Shown one piece after another: positions 1-13,200 of a stretch of DNA of 64,000 nucleotides (position 1 is its first letter; each line of letters starts with the position of its first letter). The notes below the pieces were generated by a model. It saw only the letters and a list, made by a program, of their open reading frames with translations. It was not told the origin of the DNA and did no database searches. The translations under genes were made by a program, and so were the position numbers. The stretch covers positions 1 through 64,000 of the forward strand of contig NIVC01000186.1 of NCBI GenBank assembly GCA_002269645.1. Reading direction: 5' to 3'. This DNA comes from Macrostomum lignano (lineage: Eukaryota).

Positions 1-299
1 GCTTCTCTCGATTACGAATCTGTTGGACGGAGTGAGGAATCGATTGGACGCAATGATTGGCTGACTGGGACAGACTTTGAGGGGTTCTGCTAGGCATCCG
101 TGACGAAAATAAGAGTTACTAAGCACTGATTGGCTGCTTGGAATGCAAAGTCTATGGTTGGTCTGTCATCACTTGTCGTTTGTTTCTATGAATACAAGGA
201 GTAAAAGTAGGGGGAAAATTCCATCCTATTGCTTATTGCAAACTTTACATTACAAGCTACTGATGAAAGGCAATGCAGCTTCAATGTCGAGTTAACACA

Positions 300-1059
300 A
301 GCTTTACATCAGCGACAAACTCGATCGAAGCTCGCGAATTTTCTTCTCCGCCTCGGTGATGTCTCTCCGTGCTGTTCCTCGCTCCATGTACTTTTCGTAG
401 CGCCCAAATCTTCGACTTGCAGTCAGCGAGCACAGCTTCAATGTCGGCTCTTGTACTTGACCACCGCCTCGCTGAAGTTGGACACCTCGTGCTCTTTGTC
501 TCGTTGAAGGCGCAGATGATGCACACACAGGCTTGGCATGGCTCGCAGTAGAAGCGGACGACCTCATCCGGGTGGTCTTCAGATGATTCCTTCTCTGTTT
601 CGACGTCAAAATATCGCATGGTCGGGTGTCACCTTTGTCTCCTTGTGCTGCTCAACGCAGCCCAGAAGAGCAGCTTGTTGCGTCCAGGCACTTGCTGCTG
701 GCCTGCTCTTGGCCCGCGGCCGACCATCTTGCAGATGTCGCAGCTGGCCGACTCTACCAGACTTCTGCTGCTGTCCATCGTGTCGGACAGGTTTGGAGAT
801 GAGGAATTGTCCCGGCCAGCTTCTTGGCGCCGCCGACCGCCAGCTGAGTCGCGCTTTCCGGCACAGCGGACAGGTGAACTCTCGATAATCTGAGTACTTT
901 ATTGTAGGCCGCCTCGGAGGCGATATGGTTTCGATACAGACCTCGCAAATGTGCAGACAGGACAGACACTTAGGCGTCTTGACGGGCTCATGCAGATCTT
1001 GCAAACCAAAATTCGTCGTGAATCTCCTGCACAAGCTTGCCGGCTTGAGTTGTTGCCAT
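300..1059 (-). pseudogene. TRIM-family (RING + B-box1 + B-box2 + coiled-coil; TRIM2/3/56-like) N-terminal coding region broken by at least seven frameshifts (pseudogene or assembly error)
   Basis: ATG at 1059 (MATTQAGKLVQEIHDEF). Frame-hopping reconstruction gives RING (F[L]VCKIC..KTPKCLSCLH..CEVC...FTCPLCRK), B-box1 (CDICKMVG..SKCLD[C]NKLL..GCVEQHKETKVTPDH), B-box2 (DHPDEVVRFYCEPCQACVCIICAFNE[H]KEHEV) and a coiled-coil (IEAVLADCKSKI). The 3' end is not resolved and may continue outside the window. Confidence 0.8.
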
Positions 1060-3541
1060 GACGACCGGACTGACTCGCAAGTACCGTGGCGGAAGTGGCG
1101 GTAGAAGAGGTCGGCGATAGACAGGCAGATTCTAGGCGGCTGCTTTTGGAGCGGGATTTGTCATCCCGGTGGCTGTGGGTCAGTTGAAGGGTGGTTTGCT
1201 TTTACCTGAGATGGTATTTTTCTTAATTTTTATCTGCAAAGAATATGCAAGAATATGGAACAGCGCAAGGATACGAAACACGGATACCAGATCATCTGTA
1301 TCAGTTGAAAGACGTCCTTAGCCTTCTAGAGTATCAATCTGCCTGCCCTTTGTCTGAATATTCGATAGTTAGTTGCATAGCTCACCCGGTTCGACTGATC
1401 CTAGGTGTGCTTTTGATTGAAGTTTTTCGACATACGATACTGAAGGCGATAAAGCTGCGTCAGAGCTGCAGTTTAGGGCCAAAGTGCACTCAGACCCGCT
1501 GAAAATGCTTCTAAGCGTCTAACACATTCCCTTTCACTGCGTTCAGGCAGGCAGGCGGGGACAGGGCCAAGTCACCATTGGGTCTCGTCTCGCGGTGCAA
1601 CGGCGCAAATGGTCGAGGAACATTCGGAAAGCTGGAACATCAGCCCCTCATCCCCAAAATGCAGGTCAGACTTCGAGAGAAGGACGGGGAGCCTGGGAGG
1701 AAAACTACTGGGGTGCAGGGCGGGGTTAGAATCATTTTTAGATTTCGCCATCCTGGAATTTTCCTTGCCCCACAGACAGAGGACGTTTCTGCGTAATTTC
1801 TAGCGCTTGCCATTTTGCTTGGCCCAGGTGTACAGTCCATTTGTACAGTTACAGCAACACGTACAGGTTGGTGAATCAGAGAGAGGGGCAGTACGACAGG
1901 CCAAAGCTGATCGTTGCTATATCGATGCAGTTAAACACCGAAGAGAGGGAAGAAGTGGAGAAAGGGCTTAGCTGTGGCCTAGCAGCGGAGCTTTAGATTG
2001 TGCAACAGACTACTTCAGAAGGATTAAGACACAAGTTTCAATGCTGTGGATACCATGCTTTAGAAAACTTTCAAGACTTCGTCTGACACATTCGTGTGCT
2101 ATTTTTAAGCAAATTTATTTAGTTTAAAATGGCCCATGACGATGAAAACTAGGAATGTTTCCAACAAAAGTTTTGTTATAATCGTTGTTTTTGATTAAGT
2201 TGATGCACCGACGAGCGAGTCACCAACGCGGCACTGTATCGCCGACCTGGTCCATCCAAGCGACCTGTTGCTCGGTCGACGACTTCAACTTCCAGGCCTC
2301 ATCATCCTAGAAAAGGATGTTGCTCCCAAAGCTTCAAACTTACTAATAGTTTCAAAGCCCACCACACTTTGGCTGACATCAAAGACTTTTTAGGCCTTTT
2401 AAAGATGAAAACCATTTAAGATCTGCTAATGCATTCATGCTTAAACAAAAATCTGTCTGTATCCTGTCACGCCGTCCTCAGGGTGTGCCAAGCTGGCATG
2501 ATAAAACTAGAGCCCATTTCCCCAGCTAGACTGGTTGCTCCTTAGACCTTATCTGGCTCGAAATAAAACCAAAAACAGTTGTACAAACAAGCATTTAAGC
2601 GGAACAACACGCGGCTGCTTACTCTGCGTCCGGTAAGAGTACCGGCCCGAGACTCCGCTGGACATGCCAATCTGCGCGCCGTTGATCTGAGGGCTTCCGA
2701 AGTTGCGGCGAAAACTCTACCAGCTACGTACTGGGTCGTGAAGATTCTCCGCCTTTTATTTCTAGCCACATGCTTTCCAGTCGATTTCAAGCTGGCGTAC
2801 GCGAGCGAACTGCTTTTTCCCCAACGATCAGAAGTTAGGGAAAGGTAAAGTGTGTGCCCCCTACCTGCGCCGCTGGATAATGAGGCTGTGAGGAATGCTG
2901 CACCTTGCAGTGGAACAGAGCGACGGGGTAGTTGGAGAAAAGGAGGCATTGGTACTTGCACAATGCAGTAATACTGTATTATGTATTTTTGTTGTTTTTG
3001 TTGTTGTTGTTGTTGTTGCTTTTGTAAGAAAGATGTTTTCTAGCCGGTTTCTAGCTGGTATATTAATATATTAACACCAATGATAATAACCAATATTAAT
3101 ACCAATGATTTGCGCGCGTTAACGGCGCCTTTTGAGTAGTACGAGCTACATTAAAGCTCGTAAAGCATTTTCCATGAGTACATTGAACCCTTTCTAATTG
3201 AGTGAGCCACAGCTCTATTAAGCGCCCAAAAATTTTAGAAAACAAAAAATATTCAATGGTGGTGGCTCACCCTCACGTTCTAAACCCCCGTGCTTCACTC
3301 TCGGAATTTAGTCATATAAGTTCTAGATTTCTATGGTGCAGCTTAGGCAAAGTGCCTGTAGTACAATATACTCTCTCATTATAATGAAAGATGCCTGCTG
3401 TCTATGGACAAAACTTAGAGCAGAGTGATGCTATCTGTTAGTCTGTCACGAACTTTCATTGTGTCATGCTGTACGCTCATTATTCCACGCTTAGGGATCA
3501 TTATTTTAGGCTTCTAAAAATACATTCATGAGACAATGTGT

Positions 3542-3645
3542 TTGTGTATATGGTTTTGTCATAGACAATGATAAATTTTAGTCACTCGTGGCTTCGCCAC
3601 TCGTGAAAATTTTATCATTGTCTACCTCCAAAACCATATACACAA
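3542..3645. other. ~100-bp imperfect palindrome / hairpin (MITE-like)
   Basis: TTGTGTATATGGTTTTG (3542-3558) pairs with CAAAACCATATACACAA (3629-3645). TAGACAATGATAAATTTT pairs with AAAATTTTATCATTGTCTA. The centre is GTGGC-TTC-GCCAC. Confidence 0.75.
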
Positions 3646-3895
3646 TCTATCATTGGTAGGTAGTATAGCGAAAAAAGGTCAGTCAAAAAGAAAGTCTAGC
3701 AGCAGACTGCTACTTGAGGCATATTTTGGCAATCAACTTGTTCAGAAGAGTGCAGCACAGCAAGGCGGCATGCAGAAGCGTTTTATGGAACAAGGCTAGC
3801 TTTGTGGCGGCGCATTGTGTATTTAATAGAAGCGTCACAAGACTATATATATATATATAATATTTATTTATTTATGATGAATGTTCAGTGCGAAC

Positions 3896-4037
3896 TCAAA
3901 TCTGCTGCTGGAATGAATAAATGCCTGCACTGCCCACTGCCGATACTACTAACAAGCAGACAGCTGGTAGAATGGCAAAGCCGGAGCCGCACTCGGAGCT
4001 GTCCTCCTGAAATGCGTATGATGGATATCTATTTTAG

Positions 4038-4120
<83 letters not shown>

Positions 4121-4121
4121 G

Positions 4122-4160
<39 letters not shown>

Positions 4161-4169
4161 GTGTCTGTG

Positions 4170-4220
<51 letters not shown>

Positions 4221-7200
4221 GTGTCTGTCTGTGTGTCTGTCTGTCTGTCTGTCTGTCTTAGTGTCTGTCTGTCTGTCTTAGTGTCTGTCTGTCTGTCTTT
4301 CTGTCTGTCTGCTGAGTCCGTCAGTCCCTCACCCGCGGATGCCATCTGTAGCAGCTGTTCGGCCGCATGCGGAAGCGTGACTCCATGGTGCACACATCTG
4401 GCCCGGGGTCTTCGCGCGTCTCCCGTAGCAGCTCCGTGAAGTCCAGCCGGTCGTCGCCATCGGCTCCGTCGACTGGCTCCCTGGCCAGCAGCAATGCCGG
4501 ATCGACGGCCGGAGACCGGCTGACGGCCACCAGCAGCAGGTTGGTGCCGTTGAGAAACAGCACCGTCACGCTGCGGCCCAGCGAGTCAACAGATTGGAAG
4601 GTTTCGCGACCCTGCGGCTCACTGCGGAGTTGATCAAAAAAATAAGCTGGCGGTGAATTCGCGAGACAACTGATTTACTTTCCTTCATTTCCCCGAATTC
4701 TTTTCTAACAGCTGATTATGAGTCTGAAAAGTTAAAACGAGCTGCATGCAAGTTGTAATATTTACTTTTTAGCTGATTTCTGTAGCTCTATATTTTAGGT
4801 ACCTTCTTCTCTCCTCTTGATACAGAATAGGTCTAAAAATAGAATGTGCAGTTAGACTCTTATTCCGCGTCACCTTAATGTACTCCATCTCGAAATTTAG
4901 ATAGTGCAGTTTCACCCATTTCGCGTCACTCTAATGTACGATCTACACTGTCTAAAAATAGAACTGTGCAGTCCCAAGCCATTTCACGTCAGTCTAATGT
5001 ACACTGTGTCCAAAAATAGAACTGTGCAGTCCCACCCCATTTCTCGTCATTCTAATGTACACTGTGTCCAAAAATAGAACTGTGCAGTCCCACCCCATTT
5101 CTCGTCATTCTAATGTACACTGTGTCCAAAAATAGAACTGTGCAGTCCCACCCCATTTCTCGTCATTCTAATGTACACTGTGTCCAAAAATAGAACTGTG
5201 CAGTCAACCCTATTTCTCGTCATTCTAATGTACACTGTGTCCAAAAATAGAACTGTGCAGTCCCACCCTATTTCTCGTCATTCTAATGTACACTGTGTCC
5301 AAAAATAGAACTGTGCAGTCCCACCCCATTTCTCGTCGTTCTAATGTACAATGTGTCTAAAAATAGAATATTGCAGTCAAACCCTATTTCGCAACACTCT
5401 AATGTACACTGGATGGAAAAATAGAACTGTAGGACACGTGCATTGGACCGTCCCCTTCCTGCTTTAACTATACCGAAGGAATCGCGATTACATACCCCTC
5501 TTCATGTACTTATAAATTTGATTATGAATTTTCTAATTGTGTAACTTTTATACTTTATAGCATTGAAAAGATGATTTCAAGACTTTTATACCCTCTGAAT
5601 GACGTGTACGAATGATAACTTAAACATACCCTTGGAGATGCAATTCAAAAATGACAGCCTTAAACGGTAAAATCATGAACGAGAGGCATGCATGCATGCA
5701 CAGGCAAGTTTTTGATGTCATGCACACTATAGTAATAATGTTTTTCTGCGTCTCAGAGTAGACTATAAATAATATTCCTATGCATGCAGTGACAATAATT
5801 CCAACTTGCATGAACTCTAAGTTCTCTACGTAAATTGTGGTGATTCATGCACTTACAATTAATTAATTACAAGTATTGATTAACTATTCGGTGTAACCAG
5901 CCCCTCAGTAGAGAGTTGGGGGGTTGTAGGTTACAAATTGAGTGACACACTGAGCCAGGAAACAAGCAATATTATAAGTACACGAGGTCCTGAAAAGGCA
6001 CACCAATTTGTACATTCCAACAGATGCCTTAACATTTGCATTCCGAGAGTACACGCGCACACTTACAGACACGTAAGCCGCCAATCCATGCGAATACTCG
6101 TAAAAGGCACTGGGAAATATCGCTACCCATTTGGTCATTTGAATTCGAATGCGATTCTGAATGAGAAAAATTCGTCACTATGATTACATAACAGTTTCTG
6201 TCTTCGCAACTTGTTTGAATCTCAATCTTCACTGCGACCGAACAGTGAAAGGCTAGATCTGTCTCATCTATCTCATCTATCTCATCTATCTTATCTGTCT
6301 CATCTATCTCATCTGTCTCATCTGTCTCAGCTATCTCATCTGTCTTATCTATCTCAAATATTTCATCTATCTCATCTGTCTCATCTATCTCATCTATCTC
6401 ATCTATCTCATCTATCTCATCTATCTCATCTGTCTCATCTATCTCAAATATTTCATCTATCTCATCTGTCTCATCTATCTCATCTATCTCATCTATCTCA
6501 TCTATCTCATCTGTCTCATCTGTCTCATCTATCTCATCTGTCTCATCCATCTCATCTATCTCATCTGTCTCATCTGTCTCATCTGTCATCTATCTCATCT
6601 GTCTCATCTGTCTCATCTGTCTCATCTGTCTCATCTATCTCATCTATCTCATCTATCTCATCTATCTCATCTATCTCATCTGTCTCATCTATTTCATCTG
6701 TCTCATCTATCTCATCTGTCTCATCTATCTCATCTGTCTCATCTGTCTCATCTCATCTCATCTGTCTCATCTATCTCATCTGTCTCATCCATCTCATCTA
6801 TCTCATCTGTCTCATCTGTCTCATCTGTCTCATCCATCTCATCTATCTCATCTGTCTCATCTGTCTCATCTGTCTCATCTATCTCATCTGTCTCATCTAC
6901 CTCATCCATCTCATCTATCTCATCCATCTCATCTATCTCGTCTATCTCGAATTTATCTCATCCATCTCATCTATCTCGAATTTATCTCATCTAACTAACA
7001 GATTCTACAATCGCAAACAAGCTGACCAAATGGGCAAATGGGGAAATATTGTCAGCGTCAGGAAAAGCGAGCACGAGAAACGGCAGAGAGCACAGGGTCA
7101 GGCCTATCGGCAAGGGCACAGTTATAAATATTGATTATAGAGACTGGAAAGCTGGATAGCGTTATTAATAAGAGACAAAATATGGTGTTTTAAACAAAAA

Positions 7201-10200
7201 ATTACACATATTTTAAGTATATTAGACTAAATTAACGAATTTGTACCTGCTAAAATGCCTGAAATGGAAGATTATCGAGAGAATGTTTGTTTAGTCCGTC
7301 AGGCGAGAGCTGTCGTGAAACAGAGCGTTATCAAGTGTTTTAAAAAGCTTATTGTGTTAGTAATAATGGGTGACTGTAGTCAACGGAAGAGAAGTAAAGA
7401 GTTGCCCAAAATTCCAGTTATTAAAAGTAATGCTTCAATCTGAAAGCAGACAATCTGCAAGTAGAGCACCAAAAAGAAATATTCACTTGCAAAGCAGATA
7501 AACTACCAATGTAAAAGAAGGAATTCCCGTTTAGATAACCGCTAAGGCTAACAAGGTCGCGAGAATTCCCTCTGGACAGAGACCAAACTACCAAAGCGAA
7601 GGGAATTCTCTCTAAGACAGCTATAAAACCTACCAGGGCGAGGGGAATTCCTTCTTAGACAGCTATAAAACCCACCAGGGCGAGGGGAATTCCCTCTGAC
7701 AGCCATTAAAACTACCAGGGCGAGGGGAATTCCCTCTTAGACAGCCATCAAAACTACCAGGGCGAGGGGAATTCCCTCTTAGACAGCCATCAAATCTACC
7801 AGGGCGAGGGGAATTCTCTCTGACAGCTATAAAACCTACCAGGGCGAGGGGAATTCCTTCTGACAGCCCTCAAAACTACCAGGGCGAGGGGAATTCCTTC
7901 TGACAGCAGAATGTGAGTGAAAAAAGGTCGCAACTTCGCCTGCATCTTTGAAAACAAGAAATAGACCATTAAGATTAAGGTAAATAGATTCAATTTTGCA
8001 AGAAGGCAATTAGTCTTTTCATGAGGCAACGCAGCTATATGGCTTAATCTTGAACGTCACAGCAAAGCATTGAGCTAATTTGCTATTGATCAGCAATCTG
8101 AATCGATTGTTAAATCGCACTACTTACCGATAGTAGCGATAGCCGAGTTTTATACAGCTATCGGGCTGCTGCGCCAGGGCGGAGTGGGCCAGCCACACCA
8201 GACCCGGGACAGTCAGCAGCTGGCGCTCCAGGCTATTGCCAGCCGTTGCTAGGCAACCGAGCGCCGCCGAGGCCAGGCCACCAGCTGCGACAGTCAATGA
8301 CGCGGCTGAGTTCTTTGGCGGCTGCACCTTCCGTTTGATGCAACTACCCTGATAGTCGTATTCTTGCACGCTGAGGCGGTGGCGTGTGGCGGTGGTGTAA
8401 CATTGGGGTGTAACATCGATGGGTAGCATTGGTGGGTAGCATTGGTGGGTAGCATTGGTGGGTAGCATTGGTGGGTAGCATTGGTGGGTACCAGTGGTGG
8501 GTACCAGTGGTGGGTACCAGTGGTGGGTAGCATTGGTGGGTACCAGTGGTGGGTACCAGTGGTGGGTACCAGTGGTGGGTACCAGTGGTGGGTAGCAGTG
8601 GTGGGTAGCATTGGTGGGTACCAGTGGTGGGTACCAGTGGTGGGTAGCAGTGGTGGGTAGCAGTGGTGGGTACCAGTGGTGGGTACCAGTGGTGGGTAGC
8701 ATTGGTGGGTACCAGTGGTGGGTAGCAGTGGTGGGTAGCATTGGTGGGTACCAGTGGTGGGTACCAGTGGTGGGTAGCAGTGGTGGGTAGCATTGGTGGG
8801 TACCAGTGGTGGGTACCAGTGGTGGGTAGCATTGGTGGGTACCAGTGGTGGGTACCAGTGGTGGGTAGCAGTGGTGGGTAGCAGTGGTGGGTACCAGTGG
8901 TGGGTAGCATTGGTGGGTACCAGTGGTGGGTACCAGTGGTGGGTAGTATGGTGGGTACCAGTGGTGGGTAGCAGTGGTGGGTAGCAGTTGAATAGGCTGT
9001 GCGTAGCCAGCCTACCATTGGCTCCCTAGAATGAATTCGTTGCACATTTTGTGCGCCACCTTCATTCAAACCAGGAGTCTATCTCACCTGCCGTAAACAG
9101 ACAAATTGTATATCAGGTGTCGCATCAGGGGCTTGTCAACGTGTCCGAGAAAATGTCCGATCACCTGAGAGTGAGCAAATAAAACAAATAAAACAAAATT
9201 ATGCTGATTAATTTAAGGTCTCGAAGTAAGTACTCGTACCTGAATGCTGAGAACTTGTTGTCTTTGATAGATTCAAAATTTAAATTTGGGCAGGAATTAG
9301 CTCGGACATGAAGATTGGGTCAGGCAAAAAGCAAATTTAAAATACATTCAGTGACAGCTGATACGCTATAGATGATATATGATAGGTGACAGGTGATTGA
9401 TGACAGGTGATAGGTGACAGGTGATAGGTGACAGGTGACAGGTGATTGATGACAGGTGAATGGTGACAGGTGACAGGTGATTGATGACAGATGATTGATG
9501 ACAGGTGATAGGTGACAGGTGATAGGTGACAGGTGATAGGTGACAGGTGATAGGTGACAGGTGATAGGTGACAGGTGATAGGTGACAGGTGATAGGTGAC
9601 AGGTGATAGGTGACAGGTGATAGGTGACAGGTGATAGGTGACAGGTGATAGGTGACAGGTGATAGGTGACAGGTGATAGGTGACAGGTGATAGGTGACAG
9701 GTGATAGGTGACAGGTGATAGGTGACAGGTGATAGGTGACAGGTGATAGGTGACAGGTGATAGGTGACAGGTGATAGGTGACAGGTGATAGGTGACAGGT
9801 GATAGGTGACAGGTGATAGGTGACAGGTGATAGGTGACAGGTGATAGGTGACAGGTGATAGGTGACAGGTGACAGGTGACTGATGACAGGTGATTGATGA
9901 CAGGTGATTAGTGACAGGTGATGGGTGACAGGTGACAGTCGACAGGTGACAGGTGATTGATGACAGGTGATTGATGACAGGTGATTGGTGACAGGTGACA
10001 GGTGATTGATGACAGGTGAATGGTGACAGGTGACAGGTGATTGATGACAGATGATTGATGACAGGTGATAGGTGACAGGTGATAGGTGACAGGTGATAGG
10101 TGACAGGTGACAGGTGACAGGTGATTGATGACAGGTGATTGATGACAGGTGATAGGTGACAGGTGACAGGTGACAGGTGATAGGTGACAGGTGATAGGTG

Positions 10201-13200
10201 ACAGGTGATAGGTGACAGGTGATAGGTGACAGGTGACAGGTGACAGGTGATAGGTGCCTGCTCACCTCGTGGCGCTCATTCGCTGACACAATGTAGCCGC
10301 CGTCCTCCAGCAGGTAGCAGGTGTTGTTGGCCAACTGCAGGTTGCACAGTGAGCCAAAGGTACTGTTGAAGATGCTGCCGGAGATCCAACGCCACGACAA
10401 GGTCACGCCAGCCACTGGCAGAATGAGGATTGGGTGGGTCGAGTTTCTGTGCCATTCCAGCTACTGTTCATAGCAGAAAAAGTTGAACGCTATCTAGAGT
10501 AGGGAAAAGTCTCTAAGGTAGAATGAGAGTAGAATGAGACTGGAGCAGAAGCCAACAGCATCTTGAAGAGTTTTTTGAGTCGAGTGTAGGCTAATCTAAA
10601 TTAGAACCTAAATTAGCATCCTACCGGCAACTTTGAAACTGTCTGGCCCCATCGTGACCGCCTGGAACATGGTGACGGGCGGCGGCTCGGCGGGCCCGAT
10701 CTCCTCGTTGCTGACCACAGGCAGAGCGGTGGACGCGGTGGTTGAAGCACCGGCAGCGAATTCCGAATAAGCCAGTCCTTCCTGCCTGCCAGCCGATGGA
10801 GGAACCTCTGCCGAGCGGAGGAGTTGTGAGGTGTTTTGCATCGGCTATAGATGTTCAGTAAGCAGATAGAAGGCTGTTTTGCCAGATACTCTAGCTACGA
10901 GCGTACCTTCGGTGAAATCGTCTCAAACCACAAGCTGAGGCAATTCAGCCCCTGCATTTCCTCTGACTCTGACTCTCGCGCCAGGACCCAGCTGCTTCAA
11001 TCCGCACCCGTGAGGGGCCAACCCCAAGGCGCAGGTGTGTACATGCCTGATGATTAGAAAGTCAAAGGGCCGTTGTACACCCTGTGTGAGCGTGTTGGGG
11101 CGCTTGCATGTGCTCAGGAGTCAGCGGAGTGTCAGCAGTCAGCGGAATGTCAGGAGTCAGCGCTGGTTGTAGGACAATGTCTGTGTTAGTAAGCCCACAG
11201 CTCTCGCGAATTTATTATTACTGGTAGTACGCAGACTCTGGTGGGACTCACCACCGCTCTTGAATGGCACAACTGACGCGAAGATCAGATCCGGCCGTTC
11301 AAAAGCTCGCTGATAGTAGCCCTCGAACCAGCCCTCCCGCCAGCTCTGATAGCGAGACGCCTCGGCCGCTGGCAGCACGCCCATGATGCCGCTGAGACCG
11401 GTGACGAACACGGACCTGACGGTTGACCCAACGAAGGTCATCTCGTTGAACAACTCCTCGTATAGCGCCATGTCGAGGGCCACCGCGCGCACCCAGTGCT
11501 CGTTGCAGGCGCTCCGGTTGTGCATGAAAGTCTCCAGCAGGTTTGCCATGTTGTGCGGGGCGTGCCGGATGTGCTCGACTACTTCCGGCGGCTTTGCTGC
11601 GGCCCGGTTACCTGGCGGTACTAGGGTTGGTGTCGCCGAGGTCGAAGCAGCTTTTGGCGTTGTCAGCGACGGCGGCAGAGGCCGCCACTCTTGCGCACTG
11701 CGACGCTGTCGACGCACCTGCGGAGGCGTCTGCTGTGTCGACGGTGCCGGGGGCGGAGGCGGCGGTGGCGGCGGAAGTGGGATAAAGTACTCCCGACAGT
11801 AGGGCGTCTTGCTGGACACGAGGTATTCGTGCCACTTGCTGGGGAACTTGGCCTGTCTATTGGGATGAAAGCCTCTCTCATCCGTGACGTCGATAACGGT
11901 GATGAATGGATCCACAGCAGTTGGGTTTTCGTGACGCTGCCGACTGATGGTGACGGCCAGTGATGGGCTGAACTCGGCGTACCTGTTTCCTGATGGTGGC
12001 AGCACGACTGAGACGCTGTGGAGCGAGGAGAGGCGCAGTGGATAATTCGATTTACGAGTGTTATCCTCAACTGGAAAACTCGAACAAGCATTAAAGCGTT
12101 TATTTTAGTTAGATTTAATATTTTATTCCAGCTAGATTGTTTGCAGGGGGGGCTTTAGGCACAGCGCAAATTTAGTTAGATTAGAAGGAGCAGTCGACCC
12201 GCAACCAGGGTGAAGAATAGCAGTTCGGCTGACTCAGTACACGCATAAGATCACACGGGGTGTACGAGCTACAGCAGCCTTGACTGCCAGGGGTTGGCCC
12301 TCATAGGCAAGAATCCGAATTGAACAAATAATAATAATAATTATAGTAATAGAAATAATAATAATAATAATCTATTACACCTGCCTCAATTGGGCCAGAT
12401 GTGCAACCGACAGCTCAAACGCAGCTATTGCGTGGCACATCTGATAGCTGCGTACGGCTGTTCAGTCCAAGGACTGGGGGGTCGCCACACACACCCTCAA
12501 TTACCCCAGCTAATGCTGGCACCCATTTTAAAGCTGGTGAACTGAAGCAATGCAGAGTTAAGTGGTCTTGCTCAAGGACACAAATTGTTCCTGTGGGATC
12601 AGAAATCGAACCCACGGCCTTCAAGTCGTGAGTCCGATGCTCTGACCACTAGGCTAAAACCCTAAAAACTAAGCAAAGACGATGACCGCGTCGAGTATTT
12701 TTTGAGGCAGAATGTGTTATTCGCTTAGTTAGCCTGTTCTGAGGGGCTCAAATTAAAGTGCAATCAAGGTATACACCCACGCAAACGCTGTCCTGTTGAC
12801 ATTAGTAAACGCATAGTTCCGCTCAGCCCAGTATGTGTGAACCGAGTCGGATATCTTGAGAAAGTTCGGTATCCTCTCTTCGTAAAGTTGAAACGTCGCC
12901 TCCGTTCTCCCGGTCGCTTTAATGATTTTCTTACGCACGCTGCGCTTGAGCTCGCTGTCAAACTCCACCTCGATCAGATCCACATTGGGCGAGTCTGCGA
13001 GCCAGCCGTACTGTTTGGAATTAAGAGGAATTCAGGGGTGGGTTGGTGAACTGCTTATGTTCTCATTCTATTGTCATCAAACAATCATTCATATGCTATA
13101 TTCATTGAAGTAGTAATGAAATTTTATTGCATGCCATTTTGGTTTGTTTTGTTCACCATGTGCCGAAACGCACCTGGGCCTTCAGTTCCGGGTGGAACAC

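Noticed and set aside
1640-1840. Possible alpha2delta terminal exon (ETSSVCGA)
   Set aside because: The phase is incompatible, and a better phase-0 terminal exon with a GPI-type tail exists at 3896-4006.
6029-7134. Long acidic or His/Ser-rich ORFs (TDE/DEI, SHL)
   Set aside because: These are translations of a 9-bp intronic repeat. The same applies to the CLSV/TDRQ, YLSI, LTY, ERRPT, YPIYTLL, TQSRDPG and GRG ORFs elsewhere.
11044-11070. Hammerhead ribozyme (CTGATGA..GAAA)
   Set aside because: Only 3 nt separate CTGATGA and GAAA, so stem II cannot form. There is no stem III/UH, and CTGATGA is not conserved in other SINE copies.
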